A stretch of DNA of 64,000 nt from NCBI GenBank assembly GCA_963708135.1, contig OY970192.1:4416001-4480000 (forward strand). Reading direction: 5' to 3'. How positions within the stretch are numbered: position 1 is the stretch's first letter; each line of letters begins with the position of its first letter. Below, in pieces: positions 52,581-61,783 of the stretch. A model generated the notes under the pieces. That model did no database searches. It saw only the letters and a list, made by a program, of their open reading frames with translations, and had not been told where the DNA came from. Position numbers and translations under genes: made by a program. The DNA is from an uncultured Gemmatimonadales bacterium (GTDB lineage: Bacteria; Gemmatimonadota; Gemmatimonadetes; Longimicrobiales; RSA9).

Positions 52581-53615
52581 TCAGGGCTGGCGCGCCGCCA
52601 GGAATCCGCGGACCAGCAGGTTCGTCTCCAGGCGCGGCGGGCCCGCGCCCGCGCCCCCCGGCCGCGAGGCCGCCGTCAGCACCACCGCCGTGCGCGGGAT
52701 GGCGCGCAGCTCGACGCCCAGGCCCGGGTGCAGGTGGCGGTCGGCGCCGTCGTAGAGCAGCTCCGCCCGCACGTCCGTGGCCGAGCCCTTTCGCTGCAGC
52801 GCCGCGCCGACGCGGCCGTACGCACCCGCGCGGAACGCGCTCCGGGCCTCGGCCGTGGCCAGGATGTCGAAGCGGCGCCCCAGCGTGAACTGCGCCGCGG
52901 CCCAGACGGTCTGCCGCACCTCCCGCAGGCTGTCCCGGGAGGCGACGTCTCCGCGCAGCACGCCGGCGAGTCCCCACCCCGCCGACACCTGCACGCAGCA
53001 GCGCGCCCGCATCTCGCGCCGGGAGGCCGCCAGCAGCGGGCCGAGCTCCACTCCCCGGTCCGCTGCGTCCTCCTCCGTCGGCTCGAGCGGCTCGACGCCG
53101 TGCGCCGCGAGCTCGCGCGCGACCCGCTCCGGCAGGTCGGAGTTGAGCACGGGGTCGTGGGGGTCGTGGAAGGTCGCGCGCAGCCCGAGCCCGAGCCGGG
53201 TCGATGCGGGCGTGCCGCTCTCCCGCACGGCCGCGATCGAGAGGAGCGTCTTGGTCAGGACCCGCTTCACCCGCCCCTCGAGCGAATTGTCGCGGTAGCT
53301 CGCGAGCGTGCGCACGCCGCCGCCCAGCACGTAGTAGGGCGAGAGGTCCAGCGCCGCCGCGGCCCCGGACGGCGCGCCGGCCAGCGCGGCGCCGACGGCC
53401 AGCGCGACCGGCTTGGGCGCGCTGCCGCGCAGCACCCTTACACCCGTCCGGTCCAGCGCCACCAGCGCAGGCGACTCCGGCACGTCCACATCCAGCACGA
53501 ACCGGTACACGTCGATCCGGCCGCCCTGCTGCGCCGCGGCCCGCTGCGGAACGGCCGGGATCAGGCAGAGCGCGATGAGAGCGGCGGTCGCTCGTCCGGA
53601 ATGGCGTACGCGCAT
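52581..53615 (-). CDS. Secreted hypothetical protein (beta-rich C-terminal half)
   Basis: Signal peptide ...AAAQQ, DVPESPALVAL, ALDLSPY; GC3-biased frame. Confidence 0.7.
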   Translation of the reverse strand: MRVRHSGRATAALIALCLIPAVPQRAAAQQGGRIDVYRFVLDVDVPESPALVALDRTGVRVLRGSAPKPVALAVGAALAGAPSGAAAALDLSPYYVLGGGVRTLASYRDNSLEGRVKRVLTKTLLSIAAVRESGTPASTRLGLGLRATFHDPHDPVLNSDLPERVARELAAHGVEPLEPTEEDAADRGVELGPLLAASRREMRARCCVQVSAGWGLAGVLRGDVASRDSLREVRQTVWAAAQFTLGRRFDILATAEARSAFRAGAYGRVGAALQRKGSATDVRAELLYDGADRHLHPGLGVELRAIPRTAVVLTAASRPGGAGAGPPRLETNLLVRGFLAARQP

Positions 53616-53972
53616 GCGAATGGTGGGGTGGGAGGGTGCATCGGGATCCCGGCGGAGCGGCCGGCTGCGCGAATATCGGGCAGCGTCGGCGCGCGGCGCA
53701 AGGAAGTCGGCACGTGGAAGGCGACCCACCAGGCGAGGAGGCAGACCGAAGCGATGACCCACAGCGCCGCGAGCATGCGTCGGTGGAGCGGGCGGAGCCC
53801 GGCATCGGGAGAGCTGGCCAAACTCACGTCGGTGTGTGTGTGTGCTGCCTTGTGATTCCAGAAACATAATGTGCGCGCGGCAGTGGCGGCACGAGTTGCG
53901 GCGGGGCGGGCGCCGGTGCACCTTCTTCCTCGAGTGTCACGCCGCCCCCGTCGCCGGCCGGAGCCGCCCCCG

Positions 53973-54749
53973 ATGCCCGTGACCCGTTGCGTACTCCTGC
54001 TTGCCGCCGCGAGTCTCGCGGCCGCGCCGCTGGCCGCCCAGACGCCGACCCCGAGCGGCGTCGCCGTGCTGAAGCGCATGCATGACGCCTACGCGGGCCG
54101 GTGGTATCGGACGCTCGCCTTCGCGCAGAAAACCACGCGTTACGACTCGGCCGGCACGCCGCACGTCTCCTCCTGGTACGAGCGCCTGCGCCACGATGCC
54201 GCCCGCGGCACGCAGCTCCGCATCGACATCGGCGACCCCGCGGACGGCAACCTGATCCTGTTCACCGCCGACTCGACCTGGCGCGTGCAGGGCGGCCGCC
54301 TCACCAACGCCGTCGCCCACGGCAACGAGTTCCTGCCGCTCATCGAAGGCGTGTACGTGCAGCCGGTCGAGCGCACCGCGCGCGAGCTGCGCGCCATGGG
54401 CTTCGACCTCGACAGGGTGGCGCGGGCGACGTGGCAGGGCCGGCCCGCCTGGGTGGTCGGCGTCTCGGCGCCCGGCGATTCGTCGGCGCCCCAGTTCTGG
54501 GTGGACCGGCAGCGCAACGTCGTCGTGCACGCGCTGTTTCCCGCTTCCGCGGGGAGGCCCGCGCTCGACATCCGGCTGGACGGCTACGTGCGCCTCCAGG
54601 GCGGCTGGCTGGCGACGCGCGTCGCCATGAGCGCCGGCGGCAGACCCGTCCAGAACGAGGAGTACTCGAAGTGGAAGGCCGGGATGGATCTGCCGGCCGG
54701 GCTGTTCGACCCGGCGCAGTGGCCGCCCGCGGGAGGCGCCGCCCCATAG
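53973..54749 (+). CDS. Secreted LolA-like/beta-rich hypothetical protein
   Basis: Signal peptide ...[30 protein letters not shown]-terminal L...LFDP..W. Confidence 0.7.
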   Translation: MPVTRCVLLLAAASLAAAPLAAQTPTPSGVAVLKRMHDAYAGRWYRTLAFAQKTTRYDSAGTPHVSSWYERLRHDAARGTQLRIDIGDPADGNLILFTADSTWRVQGGRLTNAVAHGNEFLPLIEGVYVQPVERTARELRAMGFDLDRVARATWQGRPAWVVGVSAPGDSSAPQFWVDRQRNVVVHALFPASAGRPALDIRLDGYVRLQGGWLATRVAMSAGGRPVQNEEYSKWKAGMDLPAGLFDPAQWPPAGGAAP

Positions 54750-54924
54750 CGGCCGCCATCCTGAAGCGTCGGTGCGACCCCCTCCGCGCCGCACCGCCGG
54801 CGTGCTCCCGCTCCCGGGGGCGCCTCACCGGTGGTCAAAGACGTGGCGCCAGCATGCGCGTTGCCCTCCCGCGGAGCCGTCACTACGTTCGCGGGCGATG
54901 GCCTCTCCACCCGGGAGCTCGACC

Positions 54925-56466
54925 ATGCACAAGGACGTCACGCGCCGCGAGTTCGTCGCCGGCGCCGCCAAGGCCGCTGCCGCCGCGGCCATCCTCCCAC
55001 GCAGCGCCGCGGCGGCGCTGGGCGGCCGGCACACCGTTCGGGACGACGCGTTGAAGCTCGCCATCATCGGCGCCGGCGGGATGGGGATGAACAACGCGCA
55101 GGCACTCGCGGGCGAGGACATCGTCGCGCTCTGCGATGTGGATTTCGGCTACGTGGACAGGGCGCTGTTCAATTTCCTGCGCGACCGCGACTCGAAGCCG
55201 AAGGAAGAGCAGGAGAAGCTCGCCCGCCTCGAGGCGGTCTACCACTCCGCGCGTCGCTACGGCGACTACCGCGAGCTGCTGGCGAAGGAGAAGCAGCTGG
55301 ACGGCGTCGTCGTCGCCACGCCCGACCACCTGCACGCGGTGATCGCCGCGGCGTTCATGAAGGCGGGCAGGCACGTCTACGTGCAGAAGCCGCTCACGCA
55401 CTCCGTCGAGGAGGCCCGGACGCTGCGGGATCTCGCGCGCACCACGGGCGTGGTCACGCAGATGGGCAATCAGGGGCACTCGAGCGACGACGCGCGCCGC
55501 ATCAACGAGTGGGTCCAGGCGGGCATCATCGGCCCCGTTCGCGAGGTGCACGTCTGGACCAACCGCCCGATCTGGCCTCAGGGCCTGCCTCGCCCGGGCC
55601 AGCCGGCGCCGGCGCCGTCGCCCGCGCAGGCCGTAGAGCAGAAGGGCGCGCCGAAGCTCCCGCCGCGCAAGGTGACGCAGCCCTGGAACGGCCGCTCGGT
55701 GAGCAACGCGGTCGCCATGGCGCTCGGGGACCCGCCGGCCAGCGCTCCCTTCGACTGGAGCCTCTACCTCGGCCCCGTCCCGGACGTGCCCTACCACCCG
55801 ATCTACCACCCGTTCAACTGGCGCGGCTGGCTGGAGTTCGGCACGGGCGCGCTCGGCGACATGGGCGCCCACCTCATCGACCACCCGTACTGGGCGCTCG
55901 GGCTCGAGTACCCCACGAGCATCGAGGCCACGTCGTCGCCATTCGGCGGGCCGCACGACCATCCGGCGTCCTATCCCGTGGCCAAGACGGTGCACTACCA
56001 GTTTCCCGCGCGCGGCAGCCAGCCGCCCGTCCGGCTCTCGTGGTACGATGGCGGGCTCATGCCGCCGCGGCGCGAGCTGCTCCCCTTCGACCTCGCGCTC
56101 GACCGGACCGGCGGCGTCATGTTCGTGGGGGACAAGGGAATCCTGCTGCACGAGACCTACGGCGCCAACCCGCGCATCCTCCCGGAGTCACTCATGGAGG
56201 AGGCGGTGGCCGTGGCGAAGACCTATCCGCGCGTGGTCGGCTCTCACGAGCAGAACTGGGTGGACGCCATGCGCGGGAAGACGAAGGCGACGTCGCCCTT
56301 CGAGTACTCCGCGCGCCTCACCGAGGTCATGCTCCTCGGCATCGTCGCGCTGCGCACCGGGCAGGGCCGCAAGATCTTCTACGACGGCGACGCGGGGCGC
56401 GTGACCAACGCCGCCGAGGCCAACCAGTACCTGAAGGCCGACTACCGTTCGGGATGGGAGCCATGA
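54925..56466 (+). CDS. Tat-exported Gfo/Idh/MocA oxidoreductase
   Basis: TRREFV Tat motif, [39 protein letters not shown]. Confidence 0.92.
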   Translation: MHKDVTRREFVAGAAKAAAAAAILPRSAAAALGGRHTVRDDALKLAIIGAGGMGMNNAQALAGEDIVALCDVDFGYVDRALFNFLRDRDSKPKEEQEKLARLEAVYHSARRYGDYRELLAKEKQLDGVVVATPDHLHAVIAAAFMKAGRHVYVQKPLTHSVEEARTLRDLARTTGVVTQMGNQGHSSDDARRINEWVQAGIIGPVREVHVWTNRPIWPQGLPRPGQPAPAPSPAQAVEQKGAPKLPPRKVTQPWNGRSVSNAVAMALGDPPASAPFDWSLYLGPVPDVPYHPIYHPFNWRGWLEFGTGALGDMGAHLIDHPYWALGLEYPTSIEATSSPFGGPHDHPASYPVAKTVHYQFPARGSQPPVRLSWYDGGLMPPRRELLPFDLALDRTGGVMFVGDKGILLHETYGANPRILPESLMEEAVAVAKTYPRVVGSHEQNWVDAMRGKTKATSPFEYSARLTEVMLLGIVALRTGQGRKIFYDGDAGRVTNAAEANQYLKADYRSGWEP

Positions 56467-57272
56467 ACAGACTCTGGCGGAGTGCCGCCCGCACGGGCGC
56501 GGCGGCGGGAGCGATGATCGTGATCCTCGGAAGCGGCAGCCCGGCCCAGTCCGTGACGCTCACGCCCGACCTGGGCACCTGGCCCCAGCACGCCCTCGAC
56601 CGGCCGCAGCCGCCGGTCGTGGACCCGGGCCCGGAGCGCGCGCCGGTCCCGGCGCCGTCGGACGCGGTCGTGCTGTTCGACGGCCACGACCTCTCGAAGT
56701 GGCGCTCCGAGAAGGGCGGCCCCGCGCCGTGGACGGTGCGCGACGGCTACTTCGAGGTGGCGCCCGGAACCGGCATGCTCGTCACGGCCGAGCCCTTCGG
56801 CGACTGCCAGCTCCACATCGAGTTCTCGGAGCCGACCCCGCCGAAGGGAGACAGCCAGGACCGCGGCAACAGCGGCGTCTACCTGATGGGACGCTACGAG
56901 GTGCAGGTCCTCGATTCCTACCACAACAGGACCTACCCCGACGGCCAGGCTGGCGCCATCTACGGGCAGCACCCGCCGCTGGTCAACGCCAGCCGGCCGC
57001 CCGGCCAGTGGCAGGCGTACGACATCATCTTCCACGGCCCGCGCTTCGATGACGCCGGCAAGCTGCTGCGCCCCGCGCGCATGACCGTGCTCCACAACGG
57101 CGTGCTCGTGCAGGACGATGCCGTGCTGTCCGGCCCCACGGCCCACCAGCAGCGGCCGCCGTACGAGGCGCATCCCGAGAAGCTGCCGCTCGAGCTCCAG
57201 GACCACGGCAACCAGGTGCGCTACCGCGACGTCTGGATCCGGCCCCTGAAGGCGGCCGAGCCCGCGTCCTAG
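56463..57272 (+). CDS. Secreted DUF1080 protein
   Basis: [53 protein letters not shown] overlap. Confidence 0.9.
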   Translation: MNRLWRSAARTGAAAGAMIVILGSGSPAQSVTLTPDLGTWPQHALDRPQPPVVDPGPERAPVPAPSDAVVLFDGHDLSKWRSEKGGPAPWTVRDGYFEVAPGTGMLVTAEPFGDCQLHIEFSEPTPPKGDSQDRGNSGVYLMGRYEVQVLDSYHNRTYPDGQAGAIYGQHPPLVNASRPPGQWQAYDIIFHGPRFDDAGKLLRPARMTVLHNGVLVQDDAVLSGPTAHQQRPPYEAHPEKLPLELQDHGNQVRYRDVWIRPLKAAEPAS

Positions 57273-57321
57273 GTGGGCACCGGAGCGGCGGCGGCTCCGG
57301 CGGAACGAGAGGGAGGCGCCC

Positions 57322-58032
57322 ATGGCGGATGAATCCGGTACCGCGGCGAGCGTGGCCCTCGAGGTGCCGATGGAGCCCGCGGCCGCGTTCGATGCCATCG
57401 TCAGTGAGCTCCGGTCTGCGCTCGTACGCCGACCCGCTCTACCACCGGCCGATGTTCGGCGCGATCCTGGCCGAGCTCTCCCTCGGCCCGTCGGACGTCC
57501 TGCTCGACGTGGGCTGCGGGGGCGGCGCACTGCGCGCCGACGCGCTTCGGAGCGGCTGCCGCGGGGCCGGGATCGACCACAGCCCCGAGTGCTACGCGTG
57601 GCCCGCGAGGCCAACGCGGGCGCGATCGCCGAGGGCCGGCTCGACCTCCGCGAGGCCTCCGCCGAGTCGATCCCGTTCCCGGACGGCACCTTCACCTGCG
57701 CCACAATCCACGCCGTGCTCGGGTTCCTGCCCGACCCCGTGGCGGTGCTGGCGGAGGTGCGCAGAGTGCTGGCTCCTGGCGGGCGGCTGATGGTGCTCGG
57801 CAGCGATCCGGCGCTCCGGGGGACCCCGGCGGCCCCGGAGCCGATGGCGTCCCGGCTCCGCTTCTACGAGACCGACGAGCTTCGCGAGCTCGGCCGCCGC
57901 GCCGGTTTCGAGAGTGCCCGCGTCGAGCGGCGGCCGGTGGAGCGGTTCGCCCGCGAGGCCGGCGTGCCCGGGGAGCACCTGCCGATGTTTGCCGGCCCCG
58001 GCCCGGAGTTCCTGTTGGCGCGGAAGGGGTGA
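57322..58032 (+). pseudogene. Disrupted SAM-dependent methyltransferase with two compensating frameshifts
   Basis: Motif I (LLDVGCGGG...GIDHSPE) lies in a different frame (about 57425-57589) from the N-terminus and from the C-terminal part (AESIPFPDGTF...EVRRVLAPGGRL). Confidence 0.75.
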
Positions 58033-58202
58033 GGGGCCGGCGTCACGCTGTCGCGACCGGGGCACCGGCCGGGTCAGCCAGGAGGTGCTCCCGGCCCCGG
58101 CGCGTCCGCGTCGAGCCGAAGCACGCCGGGTCCCGGCCGCGGCTGTCCCGCGCCCGCGGGGGAAGGCGACGAGGAGCCCGGTTCGGCGGCGACACGTCTT
58201 CG

Positions 58203-58231
58203 TTGCTCCCGCGCCGGAGCGGATCTAAACT
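58203..58231 (+). promoter_or_regulatory. Sigma70-type promoter of the second ECF gene
   Basis: TTGCTC-17 nt-TAAACT. Confidence 0.55.
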
Positions 58232-58279
58232 TCGACGGGGGCGTTGCGCTCCGCCGCTTGCCCGGGAAACAACGGAGGC

Positions 58280-58882
58280 ATGATGTCGGCGGCTGCCGAC
58301 GAACACGCCATCACCGAGGTGCTCGCCGAGCTGCGGGAGGGCGTTCCGGGTGCCATGGACCGGCTCGTCCCGCTCGTCTATTCCGACCTCGCGCGGATCG
58401 CTCACCGGCAGCTGGGACTGGAGGCATCCGGCCACACCCTCTCCACGCGCGAGCTCGTCCACGAGACCTATCTCCGGCTCGTGGACCAGACGCGCGTCCA
58501 GTGGGCCGATCGGGCGCACTTCTTCGCGATCGCCGCGCACGTGATGCGGCGCGTGCTGGTGGACCATGCCCGCCGCCATGGCGCCGCCCGGAGGGGCGGC
58601 ACGCAGCGGCGCCCGGTCTCGCTCGAGGCGCTCGAGACAGTGGACGTCGCGAGCATCGGCGTCGATGAGCGGGCCGATCTGCTCGTGGCCATGGATGAGG
58701 CGCTGGACCGGCTGGCGGCGCTGGACCGGCGGCAGGCGCGGGTGATCGAGTTCCGCTTCTTCGGGGGCTTCACCGAGGAGGAGACGGCCGACGCGCTGGG
58801 GGTCACGGCCCGGACCGTGGCGCGGGACTGGGTGAAGGCGCGGGGCTGGCTCTACCAGACGCTGGGCGACGATGCCGCGTGA
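58280..58882 (+). CDS. ECF sigma factor, TIGR02999 type
   Basis: LVPLVYSDL.RIA, HTLSTRELVHETYLRL, DRAHFFAIAA.VMRRVLVD, FRFFGG, TVARDW.KAR.WL. Confidence 0.93.
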   Translation: MMSAAADEHAITEVLAELREGVPGAMDRLVPLVYSDLARIAHRQLGLEASGHTLSTRELVHETYLRLVDQTRVQWADRAHFFAIAAHVMRRVLVDHARRHGAARRGGTQRRPVSLEALETVDVASIGVDERADLLVAMDEALDRLAALDRRQARVIEFRFFGGFTEEETADALGVTARTVARDWVKARGWLYQTLGDDAA

Positions 58883-58943
58883 GCCGCTCGCCCGGAGCTC
58901 GTGACCGCCCGGGCGGCCGCTGCCCCCGCGGGCGAGGTCTACC

Positions 58944-61685
58944 ATGGTTGCCGATCACTGGATGCGAGTGGAGCGCGCGCTGGATGCCGCGCTCGAGAGC
59001 GACCCCGCGCTCTGGCCTGCGGTCCTCGATGAGACGTGTGGCGAGGACGAGGAGGTGCGCCGCGAGGTCGAGGACCTGCTCGCCCGATACCGGACGGCGC
59101 AGCGGTTCCTCGAATCGCCCCCGGCCGCCGCGGCGGCCGCGCTCGTGGCGGAGGCGCAGGACGCTTCGGGCACCGCGGTGGGCCGGCGCATCGGGGCCTA
59201 CCGGCTGGTCCGCGAGATCGGCCGCGGCGGGATGGCCCGCGTCTTCCTCGCCGAGCGCGCGGACGGGCAGTTCTCGCAGCGCGTCGCGCTCAAGCTGCTG
59301 CGGCCGGGCCTCGACACGGAGCTCGACCGCGCGCGCTTCCGCGCCGAACGACAGATCCTGGCATCGTTCAGCCATCCCAACATCGCGCGGCTGCTCGACG
59401 GCGGCGTCACGGACGGAGGCGCGCCCTACCTGGTGCTCGAGCACGTGGACGGCCGGCCGATCGACCGCTACTGCGAGGAGCGCCGCCTGCCGCTGCGGGC
59501 GCGCATCGAGCTGTTCCTCACGGTGGCGGAAGCCACGCAGCACGCCCACCGCAACCTGGTGATCCACCGCGACCTCAAGCCGTCCAACATCTTCGTCACC
59601 GCCAATGGGGCGGTGAAGCTGCTCGACTTCGGGCTCGCCCGGCTGCTGGACCCGGAGGAGGACCCGGCCAGCAGGCTGACGCGCACCGGCCAGCGCTGGA
59701 TGACGCCGGAGTACGCCGCGCCCGAGCAGATCCTGGGGGAGCCCGCGACGACGGTGACCGACGTCTATCAGCTCGGCGCCGTGCTCTACGAGCTGCTCGC
59801 CGGCTGCCTGCCGTTCCCACCCGCGGCCGGCGGTCGCAGGCAGCTCGAGGCGGCCATCCTGCGCCGGGATCCTGTGCCGCCGTCCGCCGCGGCGGCGCAG
59901 CCCGGCTCGCGGGTCCCGGAGCCCGGCGCCGGCCGGGCGCTGCGCGGAGACCTCGATGCCATCGTGCTGAAGGCGATGAGCAAGGAGCCCGATCGGCGCT
60001 ACGCCTCCGCCGCGGCGCTGCGCGAGGACCTGGAGCGCCATCTCGCCGGCCGCCCGGTACGCGCGCGGGCCTATGGCAGCATTTCGCGCCTGAGGAGGTT
60101 CGTCCGCCGCAACGTCGAGGTCGCCATGGCGACCGGCCTCACCGCGGTGGCCCTCCTGGCCGCGACGGGATTCTCGCTGCATGGCATGCGCGTGGCCCGG
60201 CGCGAGCGCGACGTCGCCGCCCTCGAGCGGCAGCGCGCAACGGCGCAGGCGGACTTCGAGAGCCTGCTCCTGTCGGAGGTGGGGGATCGGCCGGTCGCGA
60301 TGCGCGAGGTGCTCGACTCGGGACGGGTCCTGCTGGAGCGCCGCTACGCGCGCGATCCGGCGCTTCTCGGCGCGATGCTGATGCAGCTCGAGAGCCGGTA
60401 CGGCGAGCTGGGCGACACGAAGGTGCGCGGCGAGCTGCTGGCGCACGCGGAGCGGCTGGCGCTTGCGGGCACGGGCGAGATTTCCGTGGCGAGGGTGCGC
60501 TGCGAGATCGCCGACAACCTGCGCCTGGACGGCAGCTACGATGCGGCGTGGCGCACGCTGAACGCGGCCGATTCCCTGCTCGGCGGACACCCCGATCCGC
60601 GCGACCTCGCCGGCTGCCTCTCCGTGCGCGCCACGCTCGGCCTGGAAACGGGGCGGGAACGCGAGAGCGTCGGCGCCGCCCGCCGCGCCATCGCCATCAA
60701 GGAGGCGCTCGGCCAGACCGTCGATCTCGAGTACATCGGCCTGCTCAACGCGCTCGCCGCCGCGCTCGACGGCGTGGGACAGCCGCGCAATGCCGTCGCC
60801 ATGTACCAGCGCCTCGTCGCCACGCTGGACAGCAGCGGCCGGGGCGGCAGCCTCCAGCATGCGATCGTCCGCCACGACCTCGCCATCACGCTGCTGGAGC
60901 TCGGCGAGACGGCCGAGGCCGAGCGGATCCTCCATGACGCGCTCGTCCGCTCGCTGAGCAGCGACCCGGGCGGCCGCATCATCTACCAGCCGGCCATCCA
61001 CTACGCGGAGGCGGCGCTCGCGCAGGAGCACCCGGACTCGGCCCTCGAGTACTTCGGGCGGATCCTCGCCCAGGCGACGACCGAGGGCAGCCAGTACTGG
61101 CAGGGACGCGGCCTGTTCGGGCTGGCGCGCGCGCAGATCCGCCTCGGCCGGCTCGCGGAGGCGAACCGGACCAGCGCCCGCTTCGCTCGCGTAGCCGCCG
61201 GTTACCCGAAGCTCAAGGGCACCGACGACCTCGTGCCGGACACCGGAATCCTCGCGGGGCTGCGCGCGGTTGCGGCAGGCGACACGGCGGCCGCCCGTGC
61301 CGACCTGCTGGAGGCGCTGCGCTCGAACGGCTACTTCCGCGGCGAGCACCGCCGCCGGCTGCGGCCCGCCGTGGTGCTGCTCGCGGAGTGCGACCTCGCC
61401 CTCGGCCGCCGCCGCGAGGCGCTCTCCCTCGCCCGCGAGGTTCGGGCTGTCGCCGCCGTCGATTCACTGGCGGACGCGCGCAGCGCGTACGTCGGAGAGG
61501 CCCGCCTCGTCGAGGCCCGGGCGCTGCTCGCGCTCGCGGACTCCGCCGGGGCGCGGGAGACGCTCGCGCGCGCGCTCGTCGCCCTCCGCTCCGGTGCCGG
61601 TGCCGGGCACCCCCGCACGCGGGAGGCCGCGGCGCTCGCGGCGCGGATCGCGAAGCCAGCGCCCGCCGGCGACGCCGGCTCCTGA
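58944..61685 (+). CDS. Membrane Ser/Thr kinase with C-terminal TPR-like sensor domain
   Basis: IGRGGMARV, VALK, HRDLKPSN, DFG, TPEYAAPEQ, LRGDLDAI..KA; TM VAMATGLTAVALLAATGF; helical repeats. Confidence 0.92.
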   Translation: MVADHWMRVERALDAALESDPALWPAVLDETCGEDEEVRREVEDLLARYRTAQRFLESPPAAAAAALVAEAQDASGTAVGRRIGAYRLVREIGRGGMARVFLAERADGQFSQRVALKLLRPGLDTELDRARFRAERQILASFSHPNIARLLDGGVTDGGAPYLVLEHVDGRPIDRYCEERRLPLRARIELFLTVAEATQHAHRNLVIHRDLKPSNIFVTANGAVKLLDFGLARLLDPEEDPASRLTRTGQRWMTPEYAAPEQILGEPATTVTDVYQLGAVLYELLAGCLPFPPAAGGRRQLEAAILRRDPVPPSAAAAQPGSRVPEPGAGRALRGDLDAIVLKAMSKEPDRRYASAAALREDLERHLAGRPVRARAYGSISRLRRFVRRNVEVAMATGLTAVALLAATGFSLHGMRVARRERDVAALERQRATAQADFESLLLSEVGDRPVAMREVLDSGRVLLERRYARDPALLGAMLMQLESRYGELGDTKVRGELLAHAERLALAGTGEISVARVRCEIADNLRLDGSYDAAWRTLNAADSLLGGHPDPRDLAGCLSVRATLGLETGRERESVGAARRAIAIKEALGQTVDLEYIGLLNALAAALDGVGQPRNAVAMYQRLVATLDSSGRGGSLQHAIVRHDLAITLLELGETAEAERILHDALVRSLSSDPGGRIIYQPAIHYAEAALAQEHPDSALEYFGRILAQATTEGSQYWQGRGLFGLARAQIRLGRLAEANRTSARFARVAAGYPKLKGTDDLVPDTGILAGLRAVAAGDTAAARADLLEALRSNGYFRGEHRRRLRPAVVLLAECDLALGRRREALSLAREVRAVAAVDSLADARSAYVGEARLVEARALLALADSAGARETLARALVALRSGAGAGHPRTREAAALAARIAKPAPAGDAGS

Positions 61686-61783
61686 ACCAGGAGGACACGC
61701 CCTTCAGCCCGATGTCGGGTCCGTCCGCCCTTCTGCGTATGACGGGATGAAGACCATCCCCCCCTCACGCGCGGAGGCTCCCC

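Noticed and set aside
50635..53805. 1056-aa ORF suggesting a large oxidase
   Set aside because: The upstream part is off-frame over two real genes; the oxidase starts at ATG 52176.
53832..53843. (GT)n runs here and near 43705, and a G9 run near 33592
   Set aside because: Short and intergenic; no evidence for phase variation.
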